From the sequence record SRR20825006_1774: a stretch of DNA of 43,095 nucleotides. One strand, 5' to 3'. The position numbers were made by a program, and so were the translations under genes. Position 1 is the stretch's first letter; each line of letters begins with the position of its first letter. Of this stretch, positions 27,989 to 40,090 are shown in pieces. The notes beneath the pieces are model-generated. The model was given only the letters and a program-made list of their open reading frames with translations, ran no database searches and was not told where the DNA came from.

Positions 27989-28339
27989 ATGCATCGATTT
28001 AAGGATTTGGAAATATGGAGATTAAGCCGAAGGTTTTGTCCAGATGTTTATAACATTACAGCATCATTCCCAGAGACGGAGAAGTTTGGTATTTCAAATC
28101 AATTGAGAAGGGCTTCCGTATCAATTCCATCCAACATTGCAGAGGGTTGCTCAAGGAAATCCAAAAAAGATTTTTCAAGGTTTTTGGAAATTGCCATAGG
28201 TTCCATGTATGAGGTTGAGACCCAACTATTAATTTCCAACGACTTAAAATTTATTCACAAGAATGAATTGAACTATCTCTTGGATAAATTAGATTCAATA
28301 ATTAAAATGACCTCAAAATTTAAGTCCACCTTAAAGTGA
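27989..28339 (+). CDS. Four-helix-bundle protein (23S rRNA intervening-sequence / bAvd-like family)
   Basis: FKDLEIW..FPETEKFGISNQLRRASVSIPSNIAEG..FLEIAIGS..EVETQL signature. Confidence 0.92.
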   Translation: MHRFKDLEIWRLSRRFCPDVYNITASFPETEKFGISNQLRRASVSIPSNIAEGCSRKSKKDFSRFLEIAIGSMYEVETQLLISNDLKFIHKNELNYLLDKLDSIIKMTSKFKSTLK

Positions 28340-29061
28340 AATCCAAGAATCCAAAAATCGAAGAATCTAATAGATCTACTCCCTCCAATCTTCAGGTTTT
28401 GTTTGAAGACAACCACTTGATTGTGATCAATAAGCGAGTTGGGGACATTGTACAAGGGGATAAAACAGGTGATGCCCCTCTAAGCGAAGTGGTAAAGCAA
28501 TACCTCAAAGAGAAATATAACAAGCCTGGCAATGTATATTTGGGCGTGGTGCATCGATTGGATAGACCCACATCGGGCATTGTACTATTTTCCAAAACCT
28601 CCAAAGCATTGCCACGCCTAAATAAAATGTTTGCTCAGGGCGATACGAAAAAAGTGTATTGGGCGGTGGTAAAAAATGCCCCTCCACAAGAAAGTGGAAC
28701 TTTGACACATTGGCTGGTACGCAACCCTAAGCAGAACAAATCGTACGCGCACGAAAAGGAAGTTCCCGACAGCAAAAAAGCGGTTTTGGATTATAAAATC
28801 ATAAAAAAACTTGATAATTATTTTTTGTTGGAAATTGATTTGAAAACTGGTAGACATCATCAAATTAGGGCGCAGCTGGCAGCTATAGGCTGTACCATAA
28901 AAGGAGATTTAAAATATGGTGCCGACCGTAGCAACAAAGATGGAGGCATACACCTACACTCCAGAAGCTTGTTACTATTGCACCCCGTTCAAAAAGAGCC
29001 CGTGTCGTTTTTGGCGCCTCCACCAGAAGACCCTATTTGGAACGCCTGCGTTAGCGAGTAA
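28336..29061 (+). CDS. RluA-family RNA pseudouridine synthase
   Basis: LFEDNHLIVINK, VHRLDRPTSG, TGRHHQIR, GDLKYG and LHS motifs. Confidence 0.93.
   Translation: MKSKNPKIEESNRSTPSNLQVLFEDNHLIVINKRVGDIVQGDKTGDAPLSEVVKQYLKEKYNKPGNVYLGVVHRLDRPTSGIVLFSKTSKALPRLNKMFAQGDTKKVYWAVVKNAPPQESGTLTHWLVRNPKQNKSYAHEKEVPDSKKAVLDYKIIKKLDNYFLLEIDLKTGRHHQIRAQLAAIGCTIKGDLKYGADRSNKDGGIHLHSRSLLLLHPVQKEPVSFLAPPPEDPIWNACVSE
28339..28370 (-). repeat. Four 8-bp tandem repeats, reverse complement of the 27895 array
   Basis: aaatccaa gaatccaa aaatcgaa gaatctaa, which read TTnGATTy on the minus strand. Confidence 0.8.
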
Positions 29062-30595
29062 TTGCCAATGCCTTTTCCCTGATGATTTCGGAAACAGGCT
29101 TGTTCTGTAAATGGCTTTCTAACCACGAAAGAATATCCAAATACAGGAACGCCCTTTTTTCGTATGGGTGGTTTTCATATTTCTTCAACTCATTGTACAA
29201 CTTTTGGAACTCTCCTTTTAAATCGGTCGGGTAGATATCCCCAAGGTTTCGCAAGAATTTGATCATTTCCTTTTGCACCTCGTGCAAATCGTTCATTTTC
29301 AGCAAGAACTTATATGTACTTTTAAGCTGAACTTCCAAATGGTAGTCCATTCCCGCCTCATAATGTGCTACTAGGCTCAATACCCTTGCAAAGCACATCA
29401 AATCTTCCCGCATCTTTAATTTTTTGTTGGAGATGATTTTTTTGAGATAAGCAATACAGTTCTTGTTATCTCCATTTCCAAAGTACAGGCAGGCAATTTT
29501 GTAGTAAAGCAACATAATGTGGTGCTCATCAATCTGTTGTCTGTGTTTTTTGATACCGTACTCGATAATGTTCACCAAGTAAATACCCTTATCAAAAGTA
29601 CCTTCCAAAAAATGAAGGTTCAATTTGTTGGTGTTGATGTACAAAAAGGCAAGTGAACTTATATTGTCGTTTTTAGGAAAACCAAGGTCTTGAACTTGCT
29701 CTTCCAAGCGTTCCAAAGTTTGTCTAAACTGTGATGCATATTTCACAAAGAACAAGGACTCCAATAAATAATGGTTCCCTTTTAAAAAGAACACGGGGTT
29801 CAGCGGGATCATATGTTCGTTTTCGTAGAAAAGGTCCACCCACTTGCTTGCGTATTTGTAGGCTGACAAAAAGTCCTGAATCAAAAGACTATACCATAGA
29901 TGTGCTTTGTACAGCCATAATTTTTCTCGGAAACCCAACTTTTCAATATCATATTTGGGCAAATGCTCGTCAAAGTAACTCTTTACTTTTTGAAGGTCCT
30001 CATCGCTGCGCACATATCCTACTTTCAGCATCATCCCATACAATTGCAGTGAAAGGTTGGAAAGCTTGCTCGTCATCACATTTTGTGCGGATAGTTCCTT
30101 GGCTTCAACGGCAAGTTCATCGGCCCGGTCCGGAATACTTCGGGTAATATATTGGGTTTCGATTACTTTTTCCAACTCCACGATTTCGTAGGCCACATTC
30201 TTCTCCTCATTTTCAATGGCAAAACTTTTGGCCTTCTCCAAAATCTTCAAGCTTTGTTTGTACAGCCCCTTTTGATACAGAATAGTGGCAAAATCCAGTT
30301 GTTCCCGAATCTGGATGCGAACATTTTGGTTCACGGGGTTCAAACGTAGGCTCACCAATATTTGCTTGTACAAATGCGCTTTAAGGTTGGAGAGCTGTGA
30401 TTTTTTGACAATGCCGCTGTCCAAAATTTGCTTTTCATCGTACTTTCGCATCTTATCCAAGAGGTTAAAAAGTGCCAAAAACTTGGCATCCGTATTCACC
30501 CCCAATCGGCCAACATATAGTTTGAATTGGCGTTTTTCAGATTTAGAGAGTGATTTTACCAGCACAAACAAAGCATCCTGATGGGCATTTGTCAT
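29051..30595 (-). CDS. Hypothetical helical (TPR-like) cytoplasmic protein
   Basis: 514-aa ORF with N-terminal LVKSLSKSEKRQFK and C-terminal FLYLDILSWLES, resembling a conserved Bacteroidota family. No signal peptide. Confidence 0.75.
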   Translation of the reverse strand: MTNAHQDALFVLVKSLSKSEKRQFKLYVGRLGVNTDAKFLALFNLLDKMRKYDEKQILDSGIVKKSQLSNLKAHLYKQILVSLRLNPVNQNVRIQIREQLDFATILYQKGLYKQSLKILEKAKSFAIENEEKNVAYEIVELEKVIETQYITRSIPDRADELAVEAKELSAQNVMTSKLSNLSLQLYGMMLKVGYVRSDEDLQKVKSYFDEHLPKYDIEKLGFREKLWLYKAHLWYSLLIQDFLSAYKYASKWVDLFYENEHMIPLNPVFFLKGNHYLLESLFFVKYASQFRQTLERLEEQVQDLGFPKNDNISSLAFLYINTNKLNLHFLEGTFDKGIYLVNIIEYGIKKHRQQIDEHHIMLLYYKIACLYFGNGDNKNCIAYLKKIISNKKLKMREDLMCFARVLSLVAHYEAGMDYHLEVQLKSTYKFLLKMNDLHEVQKEMIKFLRNLGDIYPTDLKGEFQKLYNELKKYENHPYEKRAFLYLDILSWLESHLQNKPVSEIIREKALAITR

Positions 30596-30742
30596 CGTAA
30601 AAAATAATATTTAAAGTGTTGTTTTTCAGCTAATTGAACACAACAAAAAGCAGTTTAACGTTGTAACACAATCCGGGCTGCCTTTCATCTTCAACCTTGC
30701 TTTACTAATTTCGTTAGTCATAGAAAAAATCAGGTTGATATC

Positions 30743-31915
30743 ATGGGTAAAGATAAGGTAGAAATTTTTGACACAACACTAAGAGATGGAGAACAAGTTC
30801 CAGGATGTAAACTGGATACCGAACAAAAATTGATCATTGCCGAACGATTGGATGAACTCGGAGTTGATGTGATCGAGGCAGGTTTCCCCATATCCAGCCC
30901 TGGTGATTTCAAATCGGTGAACGAAATTGCAAAGTTGGTCAAAAATGCTACAGTATGTGGATTGACCCGCGCCGTTAAAAAAGATATCGAAGTGGCCGCT
31001 GAAGCCATCAAAATTGCAAAAAGACCTAGAATACATACCGGAATCGGGACTTCCGAATCCCACATCAAATACAAATTCAACTCTACTCAAGATAAGATTA
31101 TTGAGCGTGCTGTTGATGCGGTAGCCTATGCCAAGACTTTTGTGGAAGATGTGGAATTCTATGCTGAAGACGCTGGACGAACCGACAACGAATTTTTAGC
31201 TCGAATTTGTGAAGCTGTCATAAAAGCTGGTGCAACCGTACTTAACATTCCTGATACAACAGGATATTGCCTTCCAGAGGAATATGGCGCTAAAATGAAA
31301 TACTTAAAAGAAAATGTGACCGGTATTGATAAGGCCATTCTTTCTTGCCACTGTCACAACGATCTTGGTTTGGCCACGGCCAACTCCATTGCAGGTGTAA
31401 TCAACGGTGCCAGACAAATTGAATGTACCATCAACGGTATCGGTGAGAGAGCCGGCAATACTTCTTTAGAAGAGGTTGTAATGATTATGAGACAGCATCC
31501 GCATTTAAACTTGGATACCAATATCAACAGTCAATTATTATGGGACACCAGCACCATGGTTTCCCAAAAAATGGGAATGCCAGTACAGCCCAATAAAGCC
31601 ATTGTGGGGTCCAATGCATTTGCGCATAGTTCTGGAATCCACCAAGACGGTGTGATCAAACGTAGGGAAACTTACGAAATCATCGACCCTAAGGATGTCG
31701 GTGTGAGCGAATCCTCCATTGTTTTAACTGCTAGAAGTGGGCGTGCCGCCTTGGCCTACAGAGCTAAAAAGGTAGGTTACGAACTCACAAAGCTTCAATT
31801 GGACACTGTGTATGAAAACTTCTTGAAATACGCGGACGTGAAGAAGGAGATTTTGGATGAAGATATCCACGAGATTGTTGAGACCAGCAATGTCGGAATG
31901 AAAAGTTTGGCGTAA
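30743..31915 (+). CDS. leuA: 2-isopropylmalate synthase, short form
   Basis: [32 protein letters not shown] and [11 protein letters not shown]. 390 aa. Confidence 0.92.
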   Translation: MGKDKVEIFDTTLRDGEQVPGCKLDTEQKLIIAERLDELGVDVIEAGFPISSPGDFKSVNEIAKLVKNATVCGLTRAVKKDIEVAAEAIKIAKRPRIHTGIGTSESHIKYKFNSTQDKIIERAVDAVAYAKTFVEDVEFYAEDAGRTDNEFLARICEAVIKAGATVLNIPDTTGYCLPEEYGAKMKYLKENVTGIDKAILSCHCHNDLGLATANSIAGVINGARQIECTINGIGERAGNTSLEEVVMIMRQHPHLNLDTNINSQLLWDTSTMVSQKMGMPVQPNKAIVGSNAFAHSSGIHQDGVIKRRETYEIIDPKDVGVSESSIVLTARSGRAALAYRAKKVGYELTKLQLDTVYENFLKYADVKKEILDEDIHEIVETSNVGMKSLA

Positions 31916-31927
31916 CACAAGTATCAT

Positions 31928-33046
31928 ATGACATTGAAAATTGCATTGCTCCCTGGAGATGGTGTGGGCCCCGAAGTGCTGGCCCAGGCTGTAAAATGTC
32001 TGGAAGCTGTTGAAGAAACCTTTAATCAACGATTTATATTTAAAGAAGCTCTTGTTGGTGCCATCGCTATCGACAAAAAAGGAACTCCCCTACCCGATAC
32101 CACCCTAAAGCTTTGCAAAGAGTCGGATGCCGTGCTTTTTGGCGCCATTGGCGACCCAAAATATGACAACGACCCAGATGCCAAAGTGCGCCCCGAACAG
32201 GGCTTGCTCCAATTACGAAAAGAACTAGGCCTTTTCGCCAATATCAGACCTGTCTTGTCACACCCAACTTTGTTGGACAAATCACCCCTAAAAAAGAAAG
32301 TGATCAACGGTACCGATTTTGTAATCTACCGTGAGCTTACAGGAGGAATATATTTTGGGGAGAAAAAATTGAACGAGGAAGGCACAAAAGCTTCCGACCT
32401 TTGTGAATATAGCGAAGCTGAAATAAGCCGTATAGCACATTTGGCCTTTAAAGCGGCTAAAGGAAGAAAAAAGAAACTTACTTTGGTGGACAAAGCGAAT
32501 GTTTTGGAATCTTCCAGATTATGGCGTAAAGTTGTGACAAGAATTGGTGAAAGCTACCCCGAAGTGGCATTGGATTTTTTATTTGTGGACAATGCCGCAA
32601 TGCAGATTATACTCAACCCCAGACAATTTGATGTTATTTTGACAGAGAACATGTTCGGAGACATTATTTCTGATGAGGGTAGCGTTATCGGTGGTTCCAT
32701 AGGTTTGTTGGCCTCGGCATCTATAGGCGAAGAAAATGCTTTGTTCGAGCCTATACACGGCTCATACCCACAAGCAAAGGGGAAAGATATTGCCAACCCG
32801 ATCGCCTCCATATTATCCGCTGCAATGCTTTTGGAACACTTTGGACTTATTGAAGAAGCATGGGCCATCAAAAAAGCGGTGGACAAATCACTTAAAAAAG
32901 GAATTGTAACTCCGGATTTAAAAGAAAACAGTCAATATGGAACCAATCAAGTTGGTGATTTTATCGCACATAACATTGTAGATATTGAAGATGATACCCT
33001 TATGAACGATGAAAACATCGACTTGGGGAAATCGACCATTATATAG
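31928..33046 (+). CDS. leuB: 3-isopropylmalate dehydrogenase
   Basis: LPGDGVGPE, RELTGGIYFG, VDKANVL, NMFGDIISD and FEPIHGS..IANP. Confidence 0.96.
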   Translation: MTLKIALLPGDGVGPEVLAQAVKCLEAVEETFNQRFIFKEALVGAIAIDKKGTPLPDTTLKLCKESDAVLFGAIGDPKYDNDPDAKVRPEQGLLQLRKELGLFANIRPVLSHPTLLDKSPLKKKVINGTDFVIYRELTGGIYFGEKKLNEEGTKASDLCEYSEAEISRIAHLAFKAAKGRKKKLTLVDKANVLESSRLWRKVVTRIGESYPEVALDFLFVDNAAMQIILNPRQFDVILTENMFGDIISDEGSVIGGSIGLLASASIGEENALFEPIHGSYPQAKGKDIANPIASILSAAMLLEHFGLIEEAWAIKKAVDKSLKKGIVTPDLKENSQYGTNQVGDFIAHNIVDIEDDTLMNDENIDLGKSTII

Positions 33047-34295
33047 CTTCGCTGTTTTCTCCTGTTTCCTGTGACGTTGTCAGCTCTTGAATGGTTTTAT
33101 TGAACTCTTCTTTAAATTCGATAAACTTTTCACCAGTCGCCGGTCCATTAAAACCTGTGTGAATCTTCTTGACTTTTCCGAATTTATCAATATAAATGGT
33201 AGTAGGATATGACAGAATATGGTTCAACATCGGCAACTTCTCGTTGGCCTTTTGTTTATTCGAGGTCCCATATTGCGCCAATAGAATAGGATACGGCACC
33301 TCTTCTCGCGCTTTCAATCGATTTATGCCCTCGAAGGCCTTTTCCTCGGTTTTGGAATACTCGAATGCTAGCCCCACAAATTGCACATCCAAATCGGGGT
33401 TGTTCTTGATAAAATCCACATAGAATCGGGTTTCGTCCAAACAATTGGTACACCATGTTCCCATAATCTGAACCAGTACCGGCTTTCCTTGGAACATAGG
33501 ATCATCTAAACCTATCATTTGTCCGTCACTGTTCGGGAAAGTGAAGTCAAATTTATCATAACCTTCACGTAAATAGGTGAGTTCGTTCGAATCGGGAAGT
33601 TCAAAAGCTTCATTTCTAGCTCCAAGAAATTCCTGTACGGAATGTTGTCCGGAATAGAACTTTCCGTCCAAAGTACTATCGGTTACTTGGGCCATAAAAA
33701 GAAATACGTGGGAACCATCAAAAGCGGACAGTTTCATACTATCCCCTGTCACCACTCCTTCCAAATAGCGATAATCTCCTGTGTTGGTCCTAAAAGTTCC
33801 CTTTACCTCATTGCCGTTCTGCATAAAAATACCCTTGGCAGGATATTCATCCTCCGTGTTCACTTTAAAATAGGTCTCCCAGATACCTGAAATGTTCACA
33901 TCAGCTGGTTTTTCCGCATCAAAACGGTCTTGTGGACCATGTACAGCCTTAAAGGGAACACTGCGTTCCTTACTTTCCTCAACAAATTTCCCTGTGATTT
34001 CGGTAGCAGTGTATCTTCCAACTATATGACCTTCAAAAATGGGCATACGAATATCGATGGAGTCACCATCAAAGGTAAACTCATCGATCTCCACTACCTC
34101 TTCGGCGTTGTATACTTTCATTACATATCCACCTTCATCGTTTTGGGAAATGGTAAACTCAAATGGTAGCATTTGCGACTCAGAAACTTCCATAGTTCCC
34201 AGCCAGTGACCAATTATAAGATCTCCTTTCCCTTCTTTTTTGCAAGAGGCCATAAGAATCAAAAGCCCCAGCATTGCCAACCTGATTCTTCTCAT
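33039..34295 (-). CDS. TlpA/peroxiredoxin-like thioredoxin-fold lipoprotein
   Basis: Lipobox ILMASC, QIMGTWCTNCLDE (CxxC) and SYPTTIYID. Confidence 0.82.
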   Translation of the reverse strand: MRRIRLAMLGLLILMASCKKEGKGDLIIGHWLGTMEVSESQMLPFEFTISQNDEGGYVMKVYNAEEVVEIDEFTFDGDSIDIRMPIFEGHIVGRYTATEITGKFVEESKERSVPFKAVHGPQDRFDAEKPADVNISGIWETYFKVNTEDEYPAKGIFMQNGNEVKGTFRTNTGDYRYLEGVVTGDSMKLSAFDGSHVFLFMAQVTDSTLDGKFYSGQHSVQEFLGARNEAFELPDSNELTYLREGYDKFDFTFPNSDGQMIGLDDPMFQGKPVLVQIMGTWCTNCLDETRFYVDFIKNNPDLDVQFVGLAFEYSKTEEKAFEGINRLKAREEVPYPILLAQYGTSNKQKANEKLPMLNHILSYPTTIYIDKFGKVKKIHTGFNGPATGEKFIEFKEEFNKTIQELTTSQETGENSEAI

Positions 34296-34398
34296 AAAAT
34301 GAAAGATTTTACCCAAAATGTAGGGAATACATTTTAAAACAGAGCATTTCTATAGGTTTATGGTTATTATTATCGTTGAATCTGTTCCCCTATTGTTA

Positions 34399-34406
34399 TA
34401 TATTTG
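34399..34406 (+). promoter_or_regulatory. Bacteroidota -7 promoter element for pheT
   Basis: TATATTTG matches TAnnTTTG, 19 nt before the ATG. Confidence 0.65.
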
Positions 34407-34425
34407 TGCCCTCTAAAAACGGGCT

Positions 34426-36837
34426 ATGAAGATTTCTTATAACTGGTTAAAACAATTTTTACAAATTGATTGGGACGCTCAAAAAACAGGTGAACTATTA
34501 ACTGACCTCGGGCTTGAGGTTGAGGGCATATCTCAATTTGAATCAGTTAAGGGTGGATTAAAAGGTATTGTAGTAGGACAAGTGCTTACTTGTGAAAAAC
34601 ACCCAAATGCAGATAAGCTAAAACTAACTACAGTAGATATAGGTCAAGAGGCACCGTTGCAGATTGTTTGTGGCGCCCCCAACGTAGCCGCCGGACAAAA
34701 AGTACCTGTTGCAACTGTTGGAACCACGCTCTACACTCCAGAAGGTGAAGCTTGGGTCATCAAGAAAGGGAAAATTCGTGGTGAGGTAAGCGAGGGCATG
34801 ATCTGTGCCGAAGATGAAATAGGTGTTGGTGAAAGCCACGATGGGATTATGGTTCTCAATGAGGAATTGATTCCCGGCACGCCTTGTTCCAAAGTTTTTG
34901 ACATTGAAAATGACGAGGTTTTTGAAATAGGCCTTACTCCTAACCGGGCCGATGCCATGAGTCATTTTGGAGTGGCGCGTGACCTTAAGGCTGGTTTGGA
35001 GCAAAAAGAAATCCAAAAAGAACTGGTTACCCCCTCCGTAAGCAACTTTTCTATCGACAACCGCTCTTTAAAGGTCGACGTAGAGGTTTTAGAAAGCAAC
35101 CTTGCTCCAAGATATTGCGGTGTAACCATAAGTAATCTAGTTGTACAGGATTCTCCGGATTGGCTAAAAAATAGGCTAAAATCCATTGGATTGGCCCCAA
35201 TAAACAATGTTGTGGACGTCACCAACTATGTGCTTCACGAACTGGGCCAGCCATTGCATGCCTTTGATGCATTTAAAATAAAAGGTAACAAAGTAGAGGT
35301 AAAAACTTTGCCAAGTGGCACCAAGTTCACCACTTTGGATGGTGTTGAACGCGAATTGCACGAAGACGACCTTATGATTTGTGATGCGGGAACCCCAATG
35401 TGCATTGCTGGTGTTTTTGGAGGGCTTCACTCCGGGGTTACGGAACACACCACTTCCATATTTTTGGAGAGTGCCTACTTTGACTCTGTTTCAATTAGAA
35501 AGACAGCCAAAAGACATGGTCTTAATACTGATGCTTCGTTTCGATTTGAAAGGGGCATCGATATCAATTTGACCAAATACGCCTTGAAAAGGGCCGCATT
35601 GTTAATAAGGGAAATTGCTGGCGGATATATCACTTCGGAGATTGTTGACTTATTTCCAAAAAAACCACAGGATAGACAAGTATTCTTGACCTTCAATAAA
35701 ATTCATTCATTGATTGGCCAGGAGATTCCACAGGATACCATCAAATCGATTCTTTCTTCGTTGGAAATCCGCATCAACAATGTAACCGAATCGGGGCTTG
35801 GCTTAACCATTCCTGCGTATAGGGTGGATGTAACAAGAGAGGTTGATGTTATCGAGGAAATCCTAAGGGTTTACGGCTATAACAACATTGACTTTAAGGA
35901 GAAACTGAACGCATCCATTGCCAAAACATCACGATTCGAAAACTACAGAATACAAGATTTGGTTGGAAATATGCTTGCAGCAAAAGGTTTTTATGAGATA
36001 ATGACCAACAGTCTGGTCTCATCGGATATTACTTCTACAGATGATAGCGCTGTTCAGATGTTGAATCCGTTGAGCTCCGACTTATCCGTGCTAAGAACCT
36101 CCATGCTTCATTCAGGACTCCAAACGGTAAGCTATAACCATAATCGCCAAAAAACGGACCTTAAGTTGTTCGAGTTCGGAAAAACGTATCACAAAATAAA
36201 CGGAGAGCATATAGAAAAACAACATTTGGCCATTTTCATCTCAGGCGACCGTAACCAAAACAGTTGGTCGGTGGCCTCTAAAAAATCAGAGTTTTTCTAT
36301 CTAAAAGGTATTGTTGACAATGTTTTAGAGCGTTTAGGGTTAAGAGACATCGATACAAAGCCATTGGCCGAATCAGGTTACGCCGAAGGTATTTCTTATG
36401 TGAAGAACGACAAAGTCCTGGTATCGCTCGGTTTAGTAGGCAAGGTAGACATTAAAAAATTCGACATTAAACAGGAAGTATTTTACGCCGATTTGGATTG
36501 GGATGCCATTCTGGAATCCGTAAGCACACAAAATGTTTCTTTCAAAGAAATTCCAAAGTTCCCAGAGGTAACGCGAGATTTTGCACTACTGTTGGACGAA
36601 TCGATCTCTTTCCAAAAAGTATACGATATTGCTTGGAATACAGAGAAAAAATTGCTTAAAAAAGTAAACCTGTTCGATGTGTACACTGGAAAAAACTTGC
36701 CCGAAGGCAAAAAATCCTACGCTGTAAGCTTCACGTTGATGGATGAAAAGAAAACCTTGACAGACAAACAAATCGACAAGATCATGGGCAAACTTTTGGC
36801 CCAGTATCAAAAGGAATTGGGAGCAGAACTTCGTTAA
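34426..36837 (+). CDS. pheT: Phenylalanine--tRNA ligase beta subunit
   Basis: MKISYNWL, IVCGAPNV, LTPNRAD, GQPLHAFD, RFERG and C-terminal GAELR. Confidence 0.98.
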   Translation: MKISYNWLKQFLQIDWDAQKTGELLTDLGLEVEGISQFESVKGGLKGIVVGQVLTCEKHPNADKLKLTTVDIGQEAPLQIVCGAPNVAAGQKVPVATVGTTLYTPEGEAWVIKKGKIRGEVSEGMICAEDEIGVGESHDGIMVLNEELIPGTPCSKVFDIENDEVFEIGLTPNRADAMSHFGVARDLKAGLEQKEIQKELVTPSVSNFSIDNRSLKVDVEVLESNLAPRYCGVTISNLVVQDSPDWLKNRLKSIGLAPINNVVDVTNYVLHELGQPLHAFDAFKIKGNKVEVKTLPSGTKFTTLDGVERELHEDDLMICDAGTPMCIAGVFGGLHSGVTEHTTSIFLESAYFDSVSIRKTAKRHGLNTDASFRFERGIDINLTKYALKRAALLIREIAGGYITSEIVDLFPKKPQDRQVFLTFNKIHSLIGQEIPQDTIKSILSSLEIRINNVTESGLGLTIPAYRVDVTREVDVIEEILRVYGYNNIDFKEKLNASIAKTSRFENYRIQDLVGNMLAAKGFYEIMTNSLVSSDITSTDDSAVQMLNPLSSDLSVLRTSMLHSGLQTVSYNHNRQKTDLKLFEFGKTYHKINGEHIEKQHLAIFISGDRNQNSWSVASKKSEFFYLKGIVDNVLERLGLRDIDTKPLAESGYAEGISYVKNDKVLVSLGLVGKVDIKKFDIKQEVFYADLDWDAILESVSTQNVSFKEIPKFPEVTRDFALLLDESISFQKVYDIAWNTEKKLLKKVNLFDVYTGKNLPEGKKSYAVSFTLMDEKKTLTDKQIDKIMGKLLAQYQKELGAELR

Positions 36838-36840
36838 AAA

Positions 36841-37368
36841 TTACATCTGAGCTGGAAGGATAACGCTATCTATTTCATGGACAACGCCTTCATTTTCTAG
36901 ATTTAGGTCTGCAGCTGTAATCCTGGCTGTATTTCCCATGGGGTCGGTAAGCACAATATCATAGCCATCCAAGTGCGCAATAAGCTTTTTGCCCTGCACC
37001 GTTGTAAAACTGGCCATACCATTGCCCCTGCCTATTGCACGCAACATACGGGAAGCAGTAAGTTGGCCTGCAACAATATGGTAGGACAACAACGACTTTA
37101 GGGCCCTCTTATCCTCCGCTTTGATCAGCTCGGCTATTTTATTGCTGGAGAACTTTTCGAACGCAGCATCTGATGGCGCAAAAATGGTAAATGGCCCTGA
37201 TTTTTGAAGCAAAGAGCCCAGTTCAGTTGCATTTACTGCTGCCAACAAAATTTTATGATTATCCATCTTGCCCGTGTACGAAAGTGCATTGGATGTGTTT
37301 TGGGCAGTGGTGTAAAATGAAAATGCCAGACAAAGGCATAGCAAGAATTTGGTTGCGGGGGTGTCCAT
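36841..37368 (-). CDS. Secreted single fasciclin (FAS1) domain protein
   Basis: GPFTIFAPSDAAF, LLSYHIV and GVVHEIDSVILP, with a signal peptide. Confidence 0.9.
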   Translation of the reverse strand: MDTPATKFLLCLCLAFSFYTTAQNTSNALSYTGKMDNHKILLAAVNATELGSLLQKSGPFTIFAPSDAAFEKFSSNKIAELIKAEDKRALKSLLSYHIVAGQLTASRMLRAIGRGNGMASFTTVQGKKLIAHLDGYDIVLTDPMGNTARITAADLNLENEGVVHEIDSVILPAQM

Positions 37369-37542
37369 GTGGTTGGTCAAATTATAGGCTTCTCTTAGTT
37401 TTACGATTAACTACCAAAAACGTCGATAAGATACACCTTTTTTTGCTTACTTGGTTCAATTAATTTTTATCCATAATTCCATTTAACAGAAACTTAACGC
37501 CAATGTTTTTGACAAACACATCTAATCGAAAATTCAATTCCT

Positions 37543-37550
37543 TAAATTTG
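37543..37550 (+). promoter_or_regulatory. Bacteroidota -7 promoter element
   Basis: TAAATTTG, 22 nt upstream of the ATG at 37573. Confidence 0.55.
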
Positions 37551-37572
37551 AGTAGATTACTGAAAAATTCGC

Positions 37573-39926
<2,354 letters not shown>

Positions 39927-39939
39927 TTAAGATTTTTTG

Positions 39940-39947
39940 CAAAAGTA
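39940..39947 (-). promoter_or_regulatory. Bacteroidota -7 promoter element for the ABC-F gene
   Basis: Minus-strand TACTTTTG, 22 nt upstream of the ATG. Confidence 0.6.
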
Positions 39948-40056
39948 GCTAAATACAAATGGTAATTCTAATTTTCAAACGCATATTTAAACGATGGAAA
40001 ATCACCGTTTAACAACTTTTAACTACCCCTTAACAAGTTTAGCTTCTTGGGTTGCT

Positions 40057-40064
40057 TACATTTG
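40057..40064 (+). promoter_or_regulatory. Bacteroidota -7 promoter element
   Basis: TACATTTG, supporting a start at ATG 40091 rather than TTG 40052. Confidence 0.55.
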
Positions 40065-40090
40065 AAAGTCAAATAGATTGGTATCTATAT

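Noticed and set aside
27895-28370. CRISPR array or diversity-generating retroelement interpretation of the repeats and the Avd-like gene
   Set aside because: Repeats are 8-bp tandem units without spacers. No cas genes, reverse transcriptase or TR/VR pair is seen in the window.
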